Below are positions 1 through 13,400 of a stretch of 64,000 nucleotides of DNA, in pieces. A program made the position numbers and the translations under genes. This DNA comes from Chrysomallon squamiferum. Its lineage: Eukaryota > Animalia > Mollusca. Location of the stretch: positions 930,001-994,000 of the forward strand of contig CM022673.1 of NCBI GenBank assembly GCA_012295275.1, written 5' to 3'. Below the pieces are notes generated by a model that had not been told where the DNA came from, searched no databases, and worked only from the letters and a program-made list of their open reading frames with translations. Each line of letters opens with the position of its first letter. The stretch's first letter is position 1.

Positions 1-311
1 TTTAATTCTAGTTTATTTATTTATCTATTAATTAATTTTAATTTTTTTTTTAATTTTCATTCATTCATTCATTTGTTTGCTTATTTGTTTTTTTTTATTT
101 CTGTACATTTTAATCTATTTTTACTGATTTTATTAAACCTAAAACTTGATTTTACGTAAACTTTTTTTTGCCATTCTTATTGTTATATCTTACTGTTACA
201 ACAAACTGGGTCCATGGATAATTCACAAATGAAACCATATGTTTTGTTCTCGTTGTTTTGTTTATTTGTTTATTTGTTTATTTATTTATTATTTTAAATG
301 TTGTTATACAG

Positions 312-399
312 CGGCCACTGGTGCCGTAGCCTCGGATGTGTGTGTTTGTAGAAGAACGTTCTTGACTACCACGGCAGCAACTGGCCTCACAATATGCAT
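312..399 (+). CDS. Internal exon of a small Cys-rich, probably GPI-anchored protein (5' part lies outside the window)
   Basis: Acceptor ttatacag|, donor |gtgagt. The only open frame reads ATGAVASDVCVCRRTFLTTTAATGLTIC. The phase-2 end fits the next exon. Confidence 0.7.
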
Positions 400-438
400 G
401 TGAGTTATTCATGTTTTATTTTGTAATTTTATTAATTA

Positions 439-476
<38 letters not shown>

Positions 477-712
477 CTTATCTGTATTTTTTGTTTTTTG
501 CATTTTTTTTTCGTTATTATTATTATTATTGTTTTTATTTAAAAGAAAAGAAAAATATTTTATTTTATTTTATTTCATTTTATTTCATTTTATTTTATTT
601 TATTTGTTTGTTTGTTTATTTATTTGTTTATTTATTTATTTATTATTTATTTTTATTTAAATCAATATAAATATGTAGGCTTATTATATTAAAATAAATA
701 TTTTATAAGTTC

Positions 713-718
<6 letters not shown>

Positions 719-784
<66 letters not shown>
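719..784. repeat. (ATT)n microsatellite
   Basis: Direct inspection. Confidence 0.95.
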
Positions 785-785
<1 letters not shown>

Positions 786-979
786 ATAAACAAATTAAAC
801 ATTCACTTATTGATAATTACTTCCCCAATTCACGCCAAATAACAAAAAAGAGGAAAGAAAAAATAACGGAAAAGAAAGATTACAACAAAGGAAAGAAAGA
901 AAGAAAGCATGAAGAAAAGATAAACAAAAAGTTATATGATCAAATGGATAACTCTTCTCCTTGTTTTTTTTTTTTTCAG

Positions 980-1092
980 TCGTGGTGCAACTTTGGAGAC
1001 GTGTATTGCTGGAACGAGTGCCGCGGACTGTGATGGTACAGCAAATGCAGCAGTGAAGATAACCTTCACAGATTATTATAAAACAGCTTGCT
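980..1092 (+). CDS. Internal exon of the same Cys-rich protein
   Basis: Poly-T ttcag| acceptor and |gtaagt donor. Reads (I)RGATLETCIAGTSAADCDGTANAAVKITFTDYYKTAC. Phases 2/1 match both neighbouring exons. Confidence 0.75.
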
Positions 1093-1109
1093 GTAAGTAT
1101 ATAGATTAG

Positions 1110-1364
1110 AAACCGCATTCCTGGATTGCCATTGTCCCAGATATGATTCTTTCGTTACAATGTTGCCATTCTGCTGATACCAAAGTCTCATTCTACGTTA
1201 AAAAAAATAAAAAAAATTAAAAACAGTTTACTTAATTACCTAATAAACACCCGAGAACTGATTTTATTGGTACCTTGCGTCTTTCCTTTACTGAACAAGC
1301 TGTGGCCTGATTTCCGAAGTCCAACGATCCATCTCCTTGAGTGTTCGATAATTCCCCGTCCCAT
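1110..1364 (-). pseudogene. Possible degraded Tc1/mariner-type transposase N-terminus inside an intron
   Basis: MGRGIIEHSRRWIVGLRKSGHSLFS...SSRVFIR, then a 47-nt GT-AG gap (1193-1239), then MRLWYQQNGNIVTK. Loosely resembles the Tc1 N-terminal HTH pattern. No TIRs seen. Confidence 0.25.
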
Positions 1365-1537
1365 CGTGTACGGCTTAGGCTTGGTTTGCAGTATGATTCT
1401 TTCTGTCTATGGGTAGGAGCGTATAAATGATAATTTACTGCTAAATGATTGAAAGTAGTCGTCTGGGACACCGAAGCATGGTTAACTGATATTAACAGTT
1501 CAATTTTAAAACAGATTCTAGTATCATAGACACAGCT

Positions 1538-1573
<36 letters not shown>

Positions 1574-1889
1574 ATTGTTGTTGTTGTTGTTGTTTTGCTA
1601 GCATTGTTTTTAAAATGTTTCAAACTAAAGCACCAACTCGTAGATAACTGTTCGTGAAATTGTTCTTATTCTGTGTGCGTCGGTTCTTAACAATGTCGTG
1701 TTCAGTAGTTTGTCGTGTTCGTAATTAATCATTTCTTTCTTGATATTTTAATTATTCAGTAATTTGTTGTTGTTGTTGTTTTTTTTCTTTCTTTTTCAGT
1801 TTTATTACATTATATGTTTATTTCTTACTTAATTATATATTTACGTATTTACTTATTTACCTTCTTACTTAATTACTTCTTTTTTTCAG

Positions 1890-1963
1890 CTGGAACAATG
1901 ATTCAAGTATCATATGTGGCCACCACCTTGCTTCTTCTTGCAAGTTACTTTCTCAAAAAGTAA
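1890..1963 (+). CDS. Terminal exon encoding a GPI-signal-like hydrophobic C-terminus
   Basis: Acceptor ttttttcag|. Reads (S)GTMIQVSYVATTLLLLASYFLKK-TAA in phase with the previous exon. AATAAA follows at 2143. Confidence 0.75.
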
Positions 1964-2142
1964 AACAACAACCTTTACGGAAGAGATGCCGTATTAAAAT
2001 CTTGAACTGTTCGAAGAACAAAACTGTTTTAGATTTAAACCACAATTACTGTTAGAAAACATAATTTATAGGAAATCTTTTTAAATTTTATTTTCACAAA
2101 GTTTATATCTCATTTTTTGTGCTGTGTGTTTTTTCTTACTCA

Positions 2143-2148
2143 AATAAA
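2143..2148 (+). terminator. Putative polyadenylation signal of the GPI-type gene
   Basis: AATAAA about 180 nt after the stop codon; a second AATAAA lies near 2181. Confidence 0.5.
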
Positions 2149-2253
2149 GCGATGAATGACGTGGGTGTCTGCCCCACTGAAATAAAATACATCGTTAAAA
2201 AAAAAAAGTTTGATTAGTTATTTTCTGAATTGAATCTGATTATTTGTTTACTT

Positions 2254-2340
2254 GCGGGTTTCCTCTCTGTTTCCGTTTTTATCGCATGATGTAACTGTAC
2301 TTTAAGAATGTGTTGAGGATCTGGTTAAATAATATACTTT
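2254..2340 (+). mobile_element. Degenerate 3' tail fragment of an old SINE-like interspersed repeat
   Basis: gcgggtttcctctct...aatgtgttgaggatctggttaaataatatactt. Its reverse complement resembles the 31-bp unit at 46690-47078, and related fragments occur at about 47080-47250, 53405-53480, 55810 and 57900-57950. Confidence 0.4.
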
Positions 2341-2498
2341 ATTATCGTTCTTAACACAAAGGAGAAACATTTTTCAAAACTTAAATAACTTAATTTTGCA
2401 CGTTTCTGGTAAACTAAACACACAAACCTCTGCGCTTAAATATTCAGAATGTGTGAATATTATTTTTGTGTGCGAGAAAGAGAGTGAGCTAGAGGCAG

Positions 2499-2502
<4 letters not shown>

Positions 2503-2591
<89 letters not shown>
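2503..2591. repeat. (AG)n microsatellite
   Basis: Direct inspection; explains ORFs 2396-2623 and 2460-2720. Confidence 0.97.
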
Positions 2592-2595
<4 letters not shown>

Positions 2596-2839
2596 ATATT
2601 TTTACATACCTCAGATGAAATGAACGAGGAAAAACAACGTATCTGTAAAGGGAAACTAATCTCGAATATCCAGTTGTGTATTCCTAAAGTTATCGTTCTT
2701 AGTTCACGGAATATTTGCATTACTTATCATTTAGTATTTTATATACATTTACAGTATGTCAATATATAGCTGCATCTGCATGTATGTATGTATATCTAAG
2801 TATCTACGTCTGCATGCATGTATATATGTATGTGGGTTT

Positions 2840-3041
2840 CTGTGTAGGTGTTTTAGGATTTGAATATTCTCTGTCTTATGTACTACGTCTGATTAGACTC
2901 TGCACGTAGACAATATTCAGGAACGCACTGGCGCAGGAGGACAAAGTCCAATCACGACTCACAAACCCGTCAGATGCCGCTGACGAGACTCGAACGTATG
3001 ACACTCATTGCCCACATGTACCGTTCGGCCACCGAGACAAC
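2840..3041 (-). mobile_element. tRNA-derived SINE copy
   Basis: The minus strand has a Pol III A box TGGCCGAACGG (3021-3031) and a B box GTTCGAGTC (2987-2995). The body atattcaggaacgcactggcgcagg.ggacaaagtc recurs at 18796-18830. Flanked by TATG microsatellites. Confidence 0.7.
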
Positions 3042-3044
3042 CCA

Positions 3045-3245
3045 TGTGTGTATATGTGTGTATGTATGTATGTGTGTGTTTGTATGTATGTGTGTGTATG
3101 TATGTATGTATGTATGTACGTACGTATGTATGATTGTATGTACTTATATTTATGTATCTATGTATGTATGTATGTATATATGTACGTATATGTATGTACG
3201 TATATGTATGTATGTATGTATGTATGTACGTATATGTATGTATGT
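3045..3245. repeat. Compound (TATG)/(TG) microsatellite
   Basis: Direct inspection. Confidence 0.9.
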
Positions 3246-3719
3246 TTGATTATATATAATTGGACGTTTTTAATGAAGCTTGCATTTTTTAATTAGCACG
3301 CATCTTTGATTATCTATCTTTAAAAAAAGGAAAAAAAAGTTGTTAAAATTATTTTATTTTAGAATTTTCATCTGACACGCGTATTTGTTTGAGAAGTATT
3401 ATTAGTGACTGAGTATTAAGTTTTGTAAATGTTAGTTGTAGAATCAAACGTGGGAAGCTGTAACTGAGACATTTTTGGAAATATCAGTTACCAATTAATA
3501 TATTCTGAGAATGAAAATAGAGACACACGGAAGTTGAATGAGATATATATAAGAAACAACAACACACCTACACACCTACACACGCACACGCACACACACA
3601 CACACAAACACACATATTTAGGAGGCATTAAGAGTTATTTCCCATTAACTCCTTACAAACAAATTGACAAAAAGATTATTGAAGAAACAAGAAGACAAAA
3701 TAAAAAGATGCCTTTTTTT

Positions 3720-3751
<32 letters not shown>

Positions 3752-3888
3752 TTTTGAAAATAATTTTAAACAGTCCTTTATTTTTCGTTTCTACGGATAA
3801 TTATTTATTACTTCCTTCACCAACCACTCTAAACCAGGTGCCGTATCGACACTTTAATAAATAAAATACGTGCTATTGTTATAATTAT

Positions 3889-3964
3889 GAGCAATGGCGA
3901 GTCGGTTAAGTCGCTGGTCTTTAAAATCGTAGGAACGAGATTCACGTTTTTGTATCGGCTGCTC
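3889..3964 (+). pseudogene. Degenerate tRNA-like sequence (tRNA pseudogene or SINE head)
   Basis: 76 nt bounded by complementary GAGCA...TGCTC. It contains an A-box-like TGGCGAGTCGG followed by TTAAGTCGCTGG. The T arm and B box are decayed. Confidence 0.25.
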
Positions 3965-4835
3965 TCGTTAATTAATTACTGAATAAAATGTTTGTCGATA
4001 CTTTTTTTATAAATTACTATTCGTACTGTTAAATAATGTTGATTAAAATTCTTCGGTATGTTAGAATTAGAACACTTAGGTGTGTGTGTGTGTGTGTGAC
4101 TGTGATTGTGAGTGAGAGTGCGCGCGTGTGTGCATGTGAGTGTGCGTATATTTTTAATAATAATAAATAGTTTATGCAGTATGTATATGATATAAATATT
4201 GCTTTATTTTATAGTATCTATCTATCTATCTATCTATCTATTTATCTATATATATTTATAAACAAATAAAAGACCCAACATGTAAGAACATCACAACTTT
4301 TTTTTTCTCTCTAATTATTAATTAACAACAACCACGAAATGGTCCGTTGTATGAAATTCTTATTATTCGTAATCCTAAAGCTAATTTCATTTATATTAAA
4401 TATTCTTACCAGACTTTTCCCTTGGAGTAACATTTCCACCGAAATGTTCTTAGTTTATTATCAGAAAGCGAATAAATAACTTGATTTGTGACGTCCTATT
4501 TGATAAGCTGTTAAGTATCAGTTAGATTCATTTAGTGAACAGATACGAATACCAAACCAAACAAAAATATTTGTTGATGCTGTCAAAACAGGTACTGAAC
4601 CTGACTGGGGAAACAAAACCAAAAAAAAAAGGTTGTAATGTTTTTACATGTTGGGTAATAATAAAAATGTTAATACTGACGTTACAAACTTTAAACAAAA
4701 TATATATATATATATATGTAAAATATAAAATCAAGCAATATTTAAATCACATACATATTGCATAAACTATTTTTATACCTAATTAATTCTGTTTATAATT
4801 TTTGAACTTTTAATCATCTTTTGATAATAATAATT

Positions 4836-4866
<31 letters not shown>

Positions 4867-6634
4867 CAACAACAACAACAATAACAACAAAATAAAAATT
4901 ATATATGAAATCAGTTTATGCTACATAAATATATAAATATATCCGAGTGTTTGCGTTGGTGTAGTTCTGACTGAGCCATAGAAATAATAAGCTCTTTTGT
5001 TCTTCTCTTTGTCTTTTTACTTTTCTTTGTTTTCATTTTTAATCATTTAGTCGCATCATGGTTTGAACGAAGATCATGGAGATTAATAAAAAAAAAAAAA
5101 TAGTTTGGAAAATATGAAAAAATCTAAGGAACAAACAATTGTGTGTGGATGTGTGTATGTGCGTGTGTCTGGTGGGTAAAAGCCGATTTATGTAGAGCAA
5201 CAGAACAAACATAAGTAAATAATAAATCGAAATCAGGAGAATTTTAAAACCTAATTATTAATTAAGTAATATTTTGAATAAAAAAAAAAATTAATAATAA
5301 TAAAAATATGTAGTACCTTAGATGTTTGATATATCTGGTTTGTACTTTTTGTTAGAATTTTAGAGACGATTTTTAGTTCGTAAGAGCTGAACAATACGAC
5401 ACCAAAAGAAAACAAACTCAGATTAGTATTAATAAGGCACCAGCAAAAGCATCGTGCATGTTTTATTTTCACATTTAGAAACAGTTATATTTTGAAGGAA
5501 CAGATAAAAATATAACTCTTCAACAAATTAGGATAAACTTACAAACAAATGTGTACTCTGGTCAAAATTGGAGGCAAATGCCAATAAGGTAAGTCACCAG
5601 GCATGCTAGAGAAAAACAGTGAAAATACCACCTGCTGTGTACTAGAAATGTGTCAGTATTATTGTATCACGATATGCAACTGTAAATTGTCATTCAAAGG
5701 CCACATTAAGTCGGCAAAACTGATATTCAAGGATACACGCTGACTTCTACAGAATAAAGAAGCGAAAAAAAATCATAATATTTTTGCAGTTAAAGCAATT
5801 ACTTGTTATTTTCAGTCTGACATCTGGGAAGATTTTCTATTTACTTTTTCTGTTTCTAATTCGACATAATAGTAATAATAAAAAAAAAATAATAATAATA
5901 ATAATAATAACAATACCTGTATATATAAGAGTAATTGATTCCAAGCTTTACCATTAACTCACACCAAAAGCCCTAGTAACGTAATGGCATTTACATGTAA
6001 ATGATACAAGTATAACCTGACAAAGATATAGTTACGAAAACAGGTTAAATATCATTCATATTATTTAGACCATCTTACAAAGGGATAGGCACACACACAT
6101 AAATTAATAATGTACATATATGATACACATGCGTATGAACAAAAACATCGTAGTTAAAATCAGATTTCAAAGCTTTCTAATACAGACACTTAGCTTCTAG
6201 AACTGATAATAAAATGGACGATTCTAAAATTGATAAAACTGAGTATATAGCCATGACTGTTAAATACTCATATAAATCCATAGTGTTGCTAATGTTATAA
6301 CTGTCATTATAGTCATCACCATTGTTATTGTTATAGTTGTTATGTTAGGTACTTGCATTTGGCTATAAAAACTAAGGTGTCTAAATAAGAAGATAAACTA
6401 TTTCGAACATCTTAAATAAAAAAGAAAATAATAAGCCTAGGTTAAATGAATTTAACACTGAAAGATCGTATTTATATCATCTACAATGAATGTTTTGATA
6501 TTATTTCTCTTTTTCTGCTCTCTCTCTCACTCTCTTTGTTTCTTTTTGTTTATCAGTCTCATAAACTCACTCACACACTTACACACTCTCGTTTTTTCTT
6601 TCTGTGATGCGTGTATATTTATGTATATATTTGT

Positions 6635-6684
<50 letters not shown>

Positions 6685-7806
6685 GTGTATATGTGTGTTT
6701 GTGTGTGTGTGCGCGTATGGTATCTTGGTGTATATAACCATGCATATCTCTGTCTCTCTATCTCTTCCTTTCTCTCTCAGTCAGTAATTATTTATCCAGT
6801 TATTTTCAGTTTCACTCAGTCTTCAAGACTTATCTCAGTTAATAACGCGTTACGTATGTCCAAACAATTACTGAACGCCTCCAGGAGTAACAGTTCTTAC
6901 AACTTGAGGTCAATTAAGGGGTCAAAACTGGGTCAAGTACAGAAAGGGAAATTGATGTTTTCACCTAACATGTACATTATTAAAGTAAAGGCTAAGTTAT
7001 AACTGACACATGTCTTTTCACCCATGTATGCTGGAAAGACAAAAGCATCAGAACTTTCATCATCACTTAATACTTCTGAATTACGACATCCAGAGACTGT
7101 GGTGTTTCACCGATGTGAGGCTGCGCGTCTACTTGCGCATTCAGAAACTCAATATTCAATTTCTGTGCCTTATTAGCACAACAGTTCGCAACAGACAACA
7201 CTTAGTAAAGGTCAGTTAGAATGAAAACATACACGTGATACTGTGATGTCCAGAGTGTTAATTGGAACACCTACAGAAAAACTGTTCCTCCAGCAAGAAG
7301 GAGTTATTTAATTTAGCTGTTCGATCACAATCTAATTATCCCAGTTATGTTGAAAAGAGTCGCTTAGCAGATATTAAGAAAGAAAGGGTGAAATCATAGC
7401 TGTGTATGGGTGTGTGTGTGTGTGTGTGTACGTGCATATATACAACCACACATAGACACAGATATACGCGCGCGCATGCACGCACACACACAAACACACA
7501 CACATACACATATTACTGAGTAATGGTTAGATAGCTTAACGTTTCATTTTTACATATGTTTTGTTAAATTATCGAAAATAGTAATTACAAAAAGAAATTC
7601 ATCCCGTATTACTAATACTAATATACATTTCATAAGCACAATGGCCTATATAAAAAAAAAATTCACTCATACCCACCCCCCTACCCCCACCCCACACACA
7701 CACACTCACTCACATATATACGTATCTTTTAAGTCTAGAACTACTGATATTATATTTTCCATTTAAAGACTTGATTATTCATTTGATTCAAAATCAATAA
7801 ATAAAC

Positions 7807-7847
<41 letters not shown>

Positions 7848-8130
7848 GTAAGGGTTTGGTAAGATTGTAGTTATTTTATCATCATATAAATACACGTTAA
7901 AATTCATGTCAGTTTTACTAGATGTTGTTAATTTTTAATGTTGTTCCCCATGTTTCTGATAAACAGTGTAACTAGTAGAAAAACGTTTTTAATTTTCTTC
8001 ATAAATTAAACATATCTCTATTTAAAATATGAAGTCTTTGATTTATAATATAAAACATCTAAATTACCCTAAACATTGGCCCTTTTTTAAGTTCTGTCTT
8101 TCATTCTGTTCTACTTTTCATTTTTTTTAA

Positions 8131-8170
<40 letters not shown>

Positions 8171-8771
8171 TTACATAACTTTTCGTTTGTTTGTCTGTAT
8201 CAGTGTATCTTTCTGACTATCGGTTCATAAAAGATTGGGGCATGGTTTGTTTCTCGTTAATTTTTATTACAGAGTCTCTGGTCATGACACAGAAGAGTCA
8301 TCACGTTACAAATGACATTAGAAAGAAAGAAACAGCAGACCCTGTGAAATATATTTGTACGTCTTCTGAGATCAAGTGACATGATGGTCATTTGAATTAC
8401 GTTTCGCTATCAGTTTGATATTTCGCATTTGTACAGAAATGATCCATTAACGGCTATTTCGAGTGCTTTTCGTTTCTGTATTTTCAGAATATTTCTCCTA
8501 GAAATCTTTGTAGTTTTTAGAAACTGGAAACAATAAAGAAAATGTTCTGGATCTCAGAAGTAAAATGTTCTACGAATTCACGGATTCCATTAACTCGAAG
8601 TGTTGTGTGTGTCTGAGGCATCAAATGACGTGATCAGTATTTGTAAGGTCGCGTGAAGTTGTTAGACTGTCTAATTATGACACTGAACTGTACTCGTGTT
8701 GTTGTTGTTGACGTCAGTATTTATTGGCCGCACATTACAGCGTTCACTTTTAACCCCTTGCAGTATAGTCT

Positions 8772-8823
<52 letters not shown>

Positions 8824-9575
8824 GCAACAACAACTACAACAATAACAATAGCAATAGGTAATCTTGCAGTTTAGGTGCACCCGCTGTTTGCAGAGGTTTT
8901 ATTCAATATTTTGCTACTATTTTGTTTTTAACCGATATAAACTGTTGGTATAAAACAGCGATAACCCACTATCATTTGTCAAACGTGTCAAATCGAACAG
9001 TTTTTGGAAAACTTCATGGCTTTTTATGACATATTATTTCATTTTTTTATTTTATTATTTTATTTTATCTTATTTTATTTTATTTTATTTTAATTTATTT
9101 TATCAACGAACCTGACTTGATATAAAAAAGCTGATTCACGCTCTAGACTTTCTCGATTACTGGACCACGTTATCCGAGTACGCGGCTGTTTGTGTCCAAG
9201 GTGACGAAGAGAAGAAAAGCAAACTGATCGATTTGACAAGTTTCACATGCATAAGTGAATTTATACAGTTCTGTTTAAATTGCCAGTGAAACAAAACAAC
9301 ATCGTCAAAATGTTTAGTATTATCTCCGATGGTAACGGAAAGGCCGTAACTGTAAAATAATCTAATAATTATAACAGCAACAATAAACAGAGCTGGTCAG
9401 CTACATTGAAACATGTTTGTATCTACCAAAGGTTCAAGCAATGTTACTGTATTTGAGGATTAGACCGAAGAGCTGTATTGGTTTTACATCTGTCTAACTG
9501 GACCTTGATAGGTGCTTTGTTGACATTGAATCGTAGTGTGAATGGAATAAACACTAAATTACAGAGACTGGATAA

Positions 9576-9607
<32 letters not shown>

Positions 9608-10320
9608 ATTAAGCTGAAGACGTAACTAGCTCACTGATTTAGATGATTAGAATATCTAATAAAGAATTGAAACTGATATTTAAAAATGAAAATTGACAAT
9701 ACGTGTATAATCTTCCTGTCCTGCAACAGATCAAGGCAAATACAGCAAAACAAAATTAACCTATTTTAAAGTGCTTTTCTTTTAAAAATTATATTAAGTT
9801 ATATTTGACCACCTCCTTCCACTGCAGATTTGGGACTCGTAAGTTTTTCAAGATTTAGAAGTGTCTGCTTTCGGATACTGCTGATTTGATTAACCAGAAG
9901 AGAAAAAAAAATGTGGACGTTGAAACTGCTTAATTTTCACACAGTGCATATTAAAATATTCTTTTTGCTGTTCATATTTCACTTACGTCTCAGATTTCGA
10001 AAAATTTAACCATCACCAATAATAATTACCGTCACCTGTGCATTAAATATTAAAATGCATATAACTGTGGAATCTGTTATTAAAGTTTTGTTTCTGTTTG
10101 GGTTTTTTAAAATAAAATAAATCCATCGACTAATGCGTAGTTTGAGAAACTAATAAGCTCTGCTTTTTATGAAAGACATTGCAATGTTTTACCAGTTCAC
10201 AGACGAAATGTTGCATTCACACAGAGCCATCTTTATCGTGCGTGTCCAAGCACTCTGACACGTGATTGGCTGACACACGGTAGTATGTTCCAAACGACCA
10301 CTACGCATTCGCTGGAACAA

Positions 10321-10470
10321 TCACCTACTGTTTCTGACTATGCACCGTCTGTCATTCGGATTAGTTTGCCGAAGCCTGCACACGGTCCGCACAATTCCAT
10401 TAACGCAGGCTCTGACGCAGTATCCGGGAACTATATGTCGACATCTGTGTGAGAGGCTTCCGCATTCTCC
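10321..10470 (-). CDS. Terminal coding exon of a candidate secreted Cys-rich cationic peptide precursor
   Basis: Strong acceptor tttttttttttcag|, phase 0. Reads GECGSLSHRCRHIVPGYCVRACVNGIVRTVCRLRQTNPNDRRCIVRNSR-TGA (6 Cys, 10 Arg). It is a GC-richer island in an AT-rich background. Confidence 0.7.
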   Translation of the reverse strand, partial: GECGSLSHRCRHIVPGYCVRACVNGIVRTVCRLRQTNPNDRRCIVRNSR

Positions 10471-13400
10471 CTGAAAAAAAAAAACAGCGAAAAGAAATGA
10501 AATTAACAAATAACCTCAACACATTCTTAGTGTCAAATAATATAAGATATGTCGGAAGAGGGCAGAGAGAGGGAAAGAGAAATATATATACAGATAGAAA
10601 GACAGAGAGAGAGAGAGATACAGAGAGACAGACACAAAGAGAGAGAGAGACAGACAGAGAGAGAGAGAGAGAGAGAGAGAGTTTTAAGTAGAATGTAACT
10701 GAATAGGGGAGATCTTAAACAATAATAAAGTTTATTTATGTAAGAAATATTTTTTGATAATTAAGTCATTTATTTTGGAAGCAATATGACTAAAACTAAA
10801 TAATTTTCCACTGATTACAACAATAATTATTAGGTGCATCTTCTCACAAACAGAAATAAATGATAGCCTTGGATTATTATCAGAGTATCTGTCATAACAG
10901 TAATTATACGACCAGTAACGTCTGAGACGTGTGTGTCTGTGTATCCAGTTCATAGACACGTAATGACGATTTCGTTTTCAAACAGTTTCGTCATTAATCT
11001 AAAATATACTAACTGCATGCAAAGATGACTAATTTTATCTCTGGTGGGTTTATTAAAAATGTTATTTAAGGAAGCTGCTCTCTAATTGACTTTCTAAGCT
11101 TCAACATAATCACAGGTCTTCTTATGTGTGGTTTTCTGTCTGTACAAATCACGTGCGGTGTAATCAAAAACAATGATTAAAAATGGCCGTGCCTTGAAGC
11201 AGATCGACAGAAACGAGTTCGCTTATCTTCTTCACGTTTGGATAAGCCATTGTTCCGCTTGATTTTCAAGTTGGGCTAATCGTGGACAAAGAAACCCAAA
11301 ACGTGTATGGAGGAAATACAGAGAATGAACCAACCATCAAATCATTTCATTCGCTTGATAACTAGCCCCGTCTTAAGTTAAAAAAGCGAAAGACATGATT
11401 TCTATCTGACGGTGTCAAGTTGCTTTTTCTACGTCAAACCTTTAAAGGGAATCAGTCTACAGCTGGTATTAGAAAGCAGTTGTTTGTTATCACGTTAGAA
11501 AAACACACATTATTATAGCACTTTTTTTTTCATTAGTGTTTTATTATATATATATTTGTTGTCTTGTTGTTCAATTTTTAAAATCTTTTTTATTATTATT
11601 ATTATTTTTTTTTTTTATTTGTCTGTTTGTATGCGGGTAGATTGTTAATTTGTTTGGTTTTTCTTAACAGAATCTTTCATTCAATTCTATGAATTACTGC
11701 ATTATTTTCTGTTCTCACTTACACCGTGAATTCCATAACTTCAAAAGTCTTTATAAAAACATTTGTTAATTATAATAACTAAGAATTATTTTTCATAGAT
11801 ATATTACAGTAATTAGAAATATATTCAAAACAAGATATTGCTGGGGGGTTCTGTAGAAAGACGTTTGAAATATTCGGTGAGCGTTTACGCAAATGAGTGA
11901 ACAAGTACTTGACGATCTACGCACTGAATAATGCGTTGAATAAATATACATCGTCGCTGAGATAATTACCTAAGGCTGTGTATCGATAGTTCTAAGACAT
12001 ATTTTGCAACAGGAAAAAGCTTCAGTGTGCGTATCAAAGAAAAGCAGTATATCGTGGAAAATAACATCCAAGAACTTAGACTACCTGTCCAAGTCGTCGT
12101 CAGAAAAAAAAAAAAAAAACCAAAAACCAGCGTTTTACAGTTTTTTAAATAACAACTTTTTTGTCTAAGCAGAGGCAGAAAATTAGCCTAATATCTCTTT
12201 AAAATTAGGTAGGGGAAGTAACCCACGTCCCCACCGGCTTTAAAGTCTGACGTCTTGACCTACAGAGGCTCTTTAAACAGTTTGGCGTCCAAAACGTCGC
12301 AAGAACGACAAAGCGGCTTGTCGCCTCGTGTCGCGCGACTTCCGACTCTCGTCTCGAGAAACAATAAATCACGAACGACGCTAAATTACTGAACGAGCAC
12401 GTAGTACCAGCGGGATCAATAAAAGAAACCACACAATATCTCACTGAGTATCGCTTGCTCAATTCGTACAACGGTCATTCAAAACTGAGTTTATCTCCAA
12501 TGTGAGACGCTATTTAAAGAACATTGTCCGACATTAATGGATCCCATGGCATCAGATAAGAAATACACTAACATGAAATATTGCTGAGTGTTCTATATTT
12601 GTGCACCTCCCACAAGTTATTAGCTGTATACTGTGATAAGATAATTTCATTTCATGTAACTGACGTTAAATAACTTCTCCTTAATAACGTAGGTAGTTAT
12701 ATCAGATATCTAACAGACAGTCGTCGATTGCATTTTGAATGAAACTGATAAATACACACCTTTGAAACGGAATAGTTCCTTAGATTTCGATTAAGATCGT
12801 ATTCAAATATTTTACACTTCGATTCAGATGTCTGAGTGTAAATTTAGTAGACCTTTAAATAGAAGGTGACGCATATAACTGTGATGCTTTTGACTTTTGA
12901 TTTAATAATTCGTGTTACAGAATTTGTATTTCTCTTCAAATCACTGTTATTTGACTTCTTTTGCTTCCGTGCTCTCCGACATGTTTTGTGTTTAGATATT
13001 ATTAAAATATTTTAACAAAATTTTGATTAAAAAATAGGGTTTTATAATTGCCATTGTTATTTGAAAATTTTGCACATGGTTCACGATGTTTCACACAGAA
13101 ATACATACACTAATACAAACACTGTAGCATACAAAAACACAAAACTATATACACATATAGACATATTATATACATATATTTATATGAATATACATACATA
13201 CATTCGCACGCACACACACTCATTTACACAATTATACACACACTCACACATGTACACCCATATATTATATCCATACACACAGAAACAGCTACATACACAC
13301 ACGTATATATACACAAATAGATACGTAAACATGTTAATTTCAGTTTTATCATTTTGACACAAAACAATCATACAAACTGATTTACCACTGGCCTCCAGGT

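Noticed and set aside
7010-7219. 69-aa plus-strand ORF with a nearby donor-like gtcagt
   Set aside because: No partner exons or recognisable motif.
7672-7694. C-run cluster able to form a G-quadruplex on the minus strand
   Set aside because: An isolated low-complexity patch next to (CA)n with no functional context.
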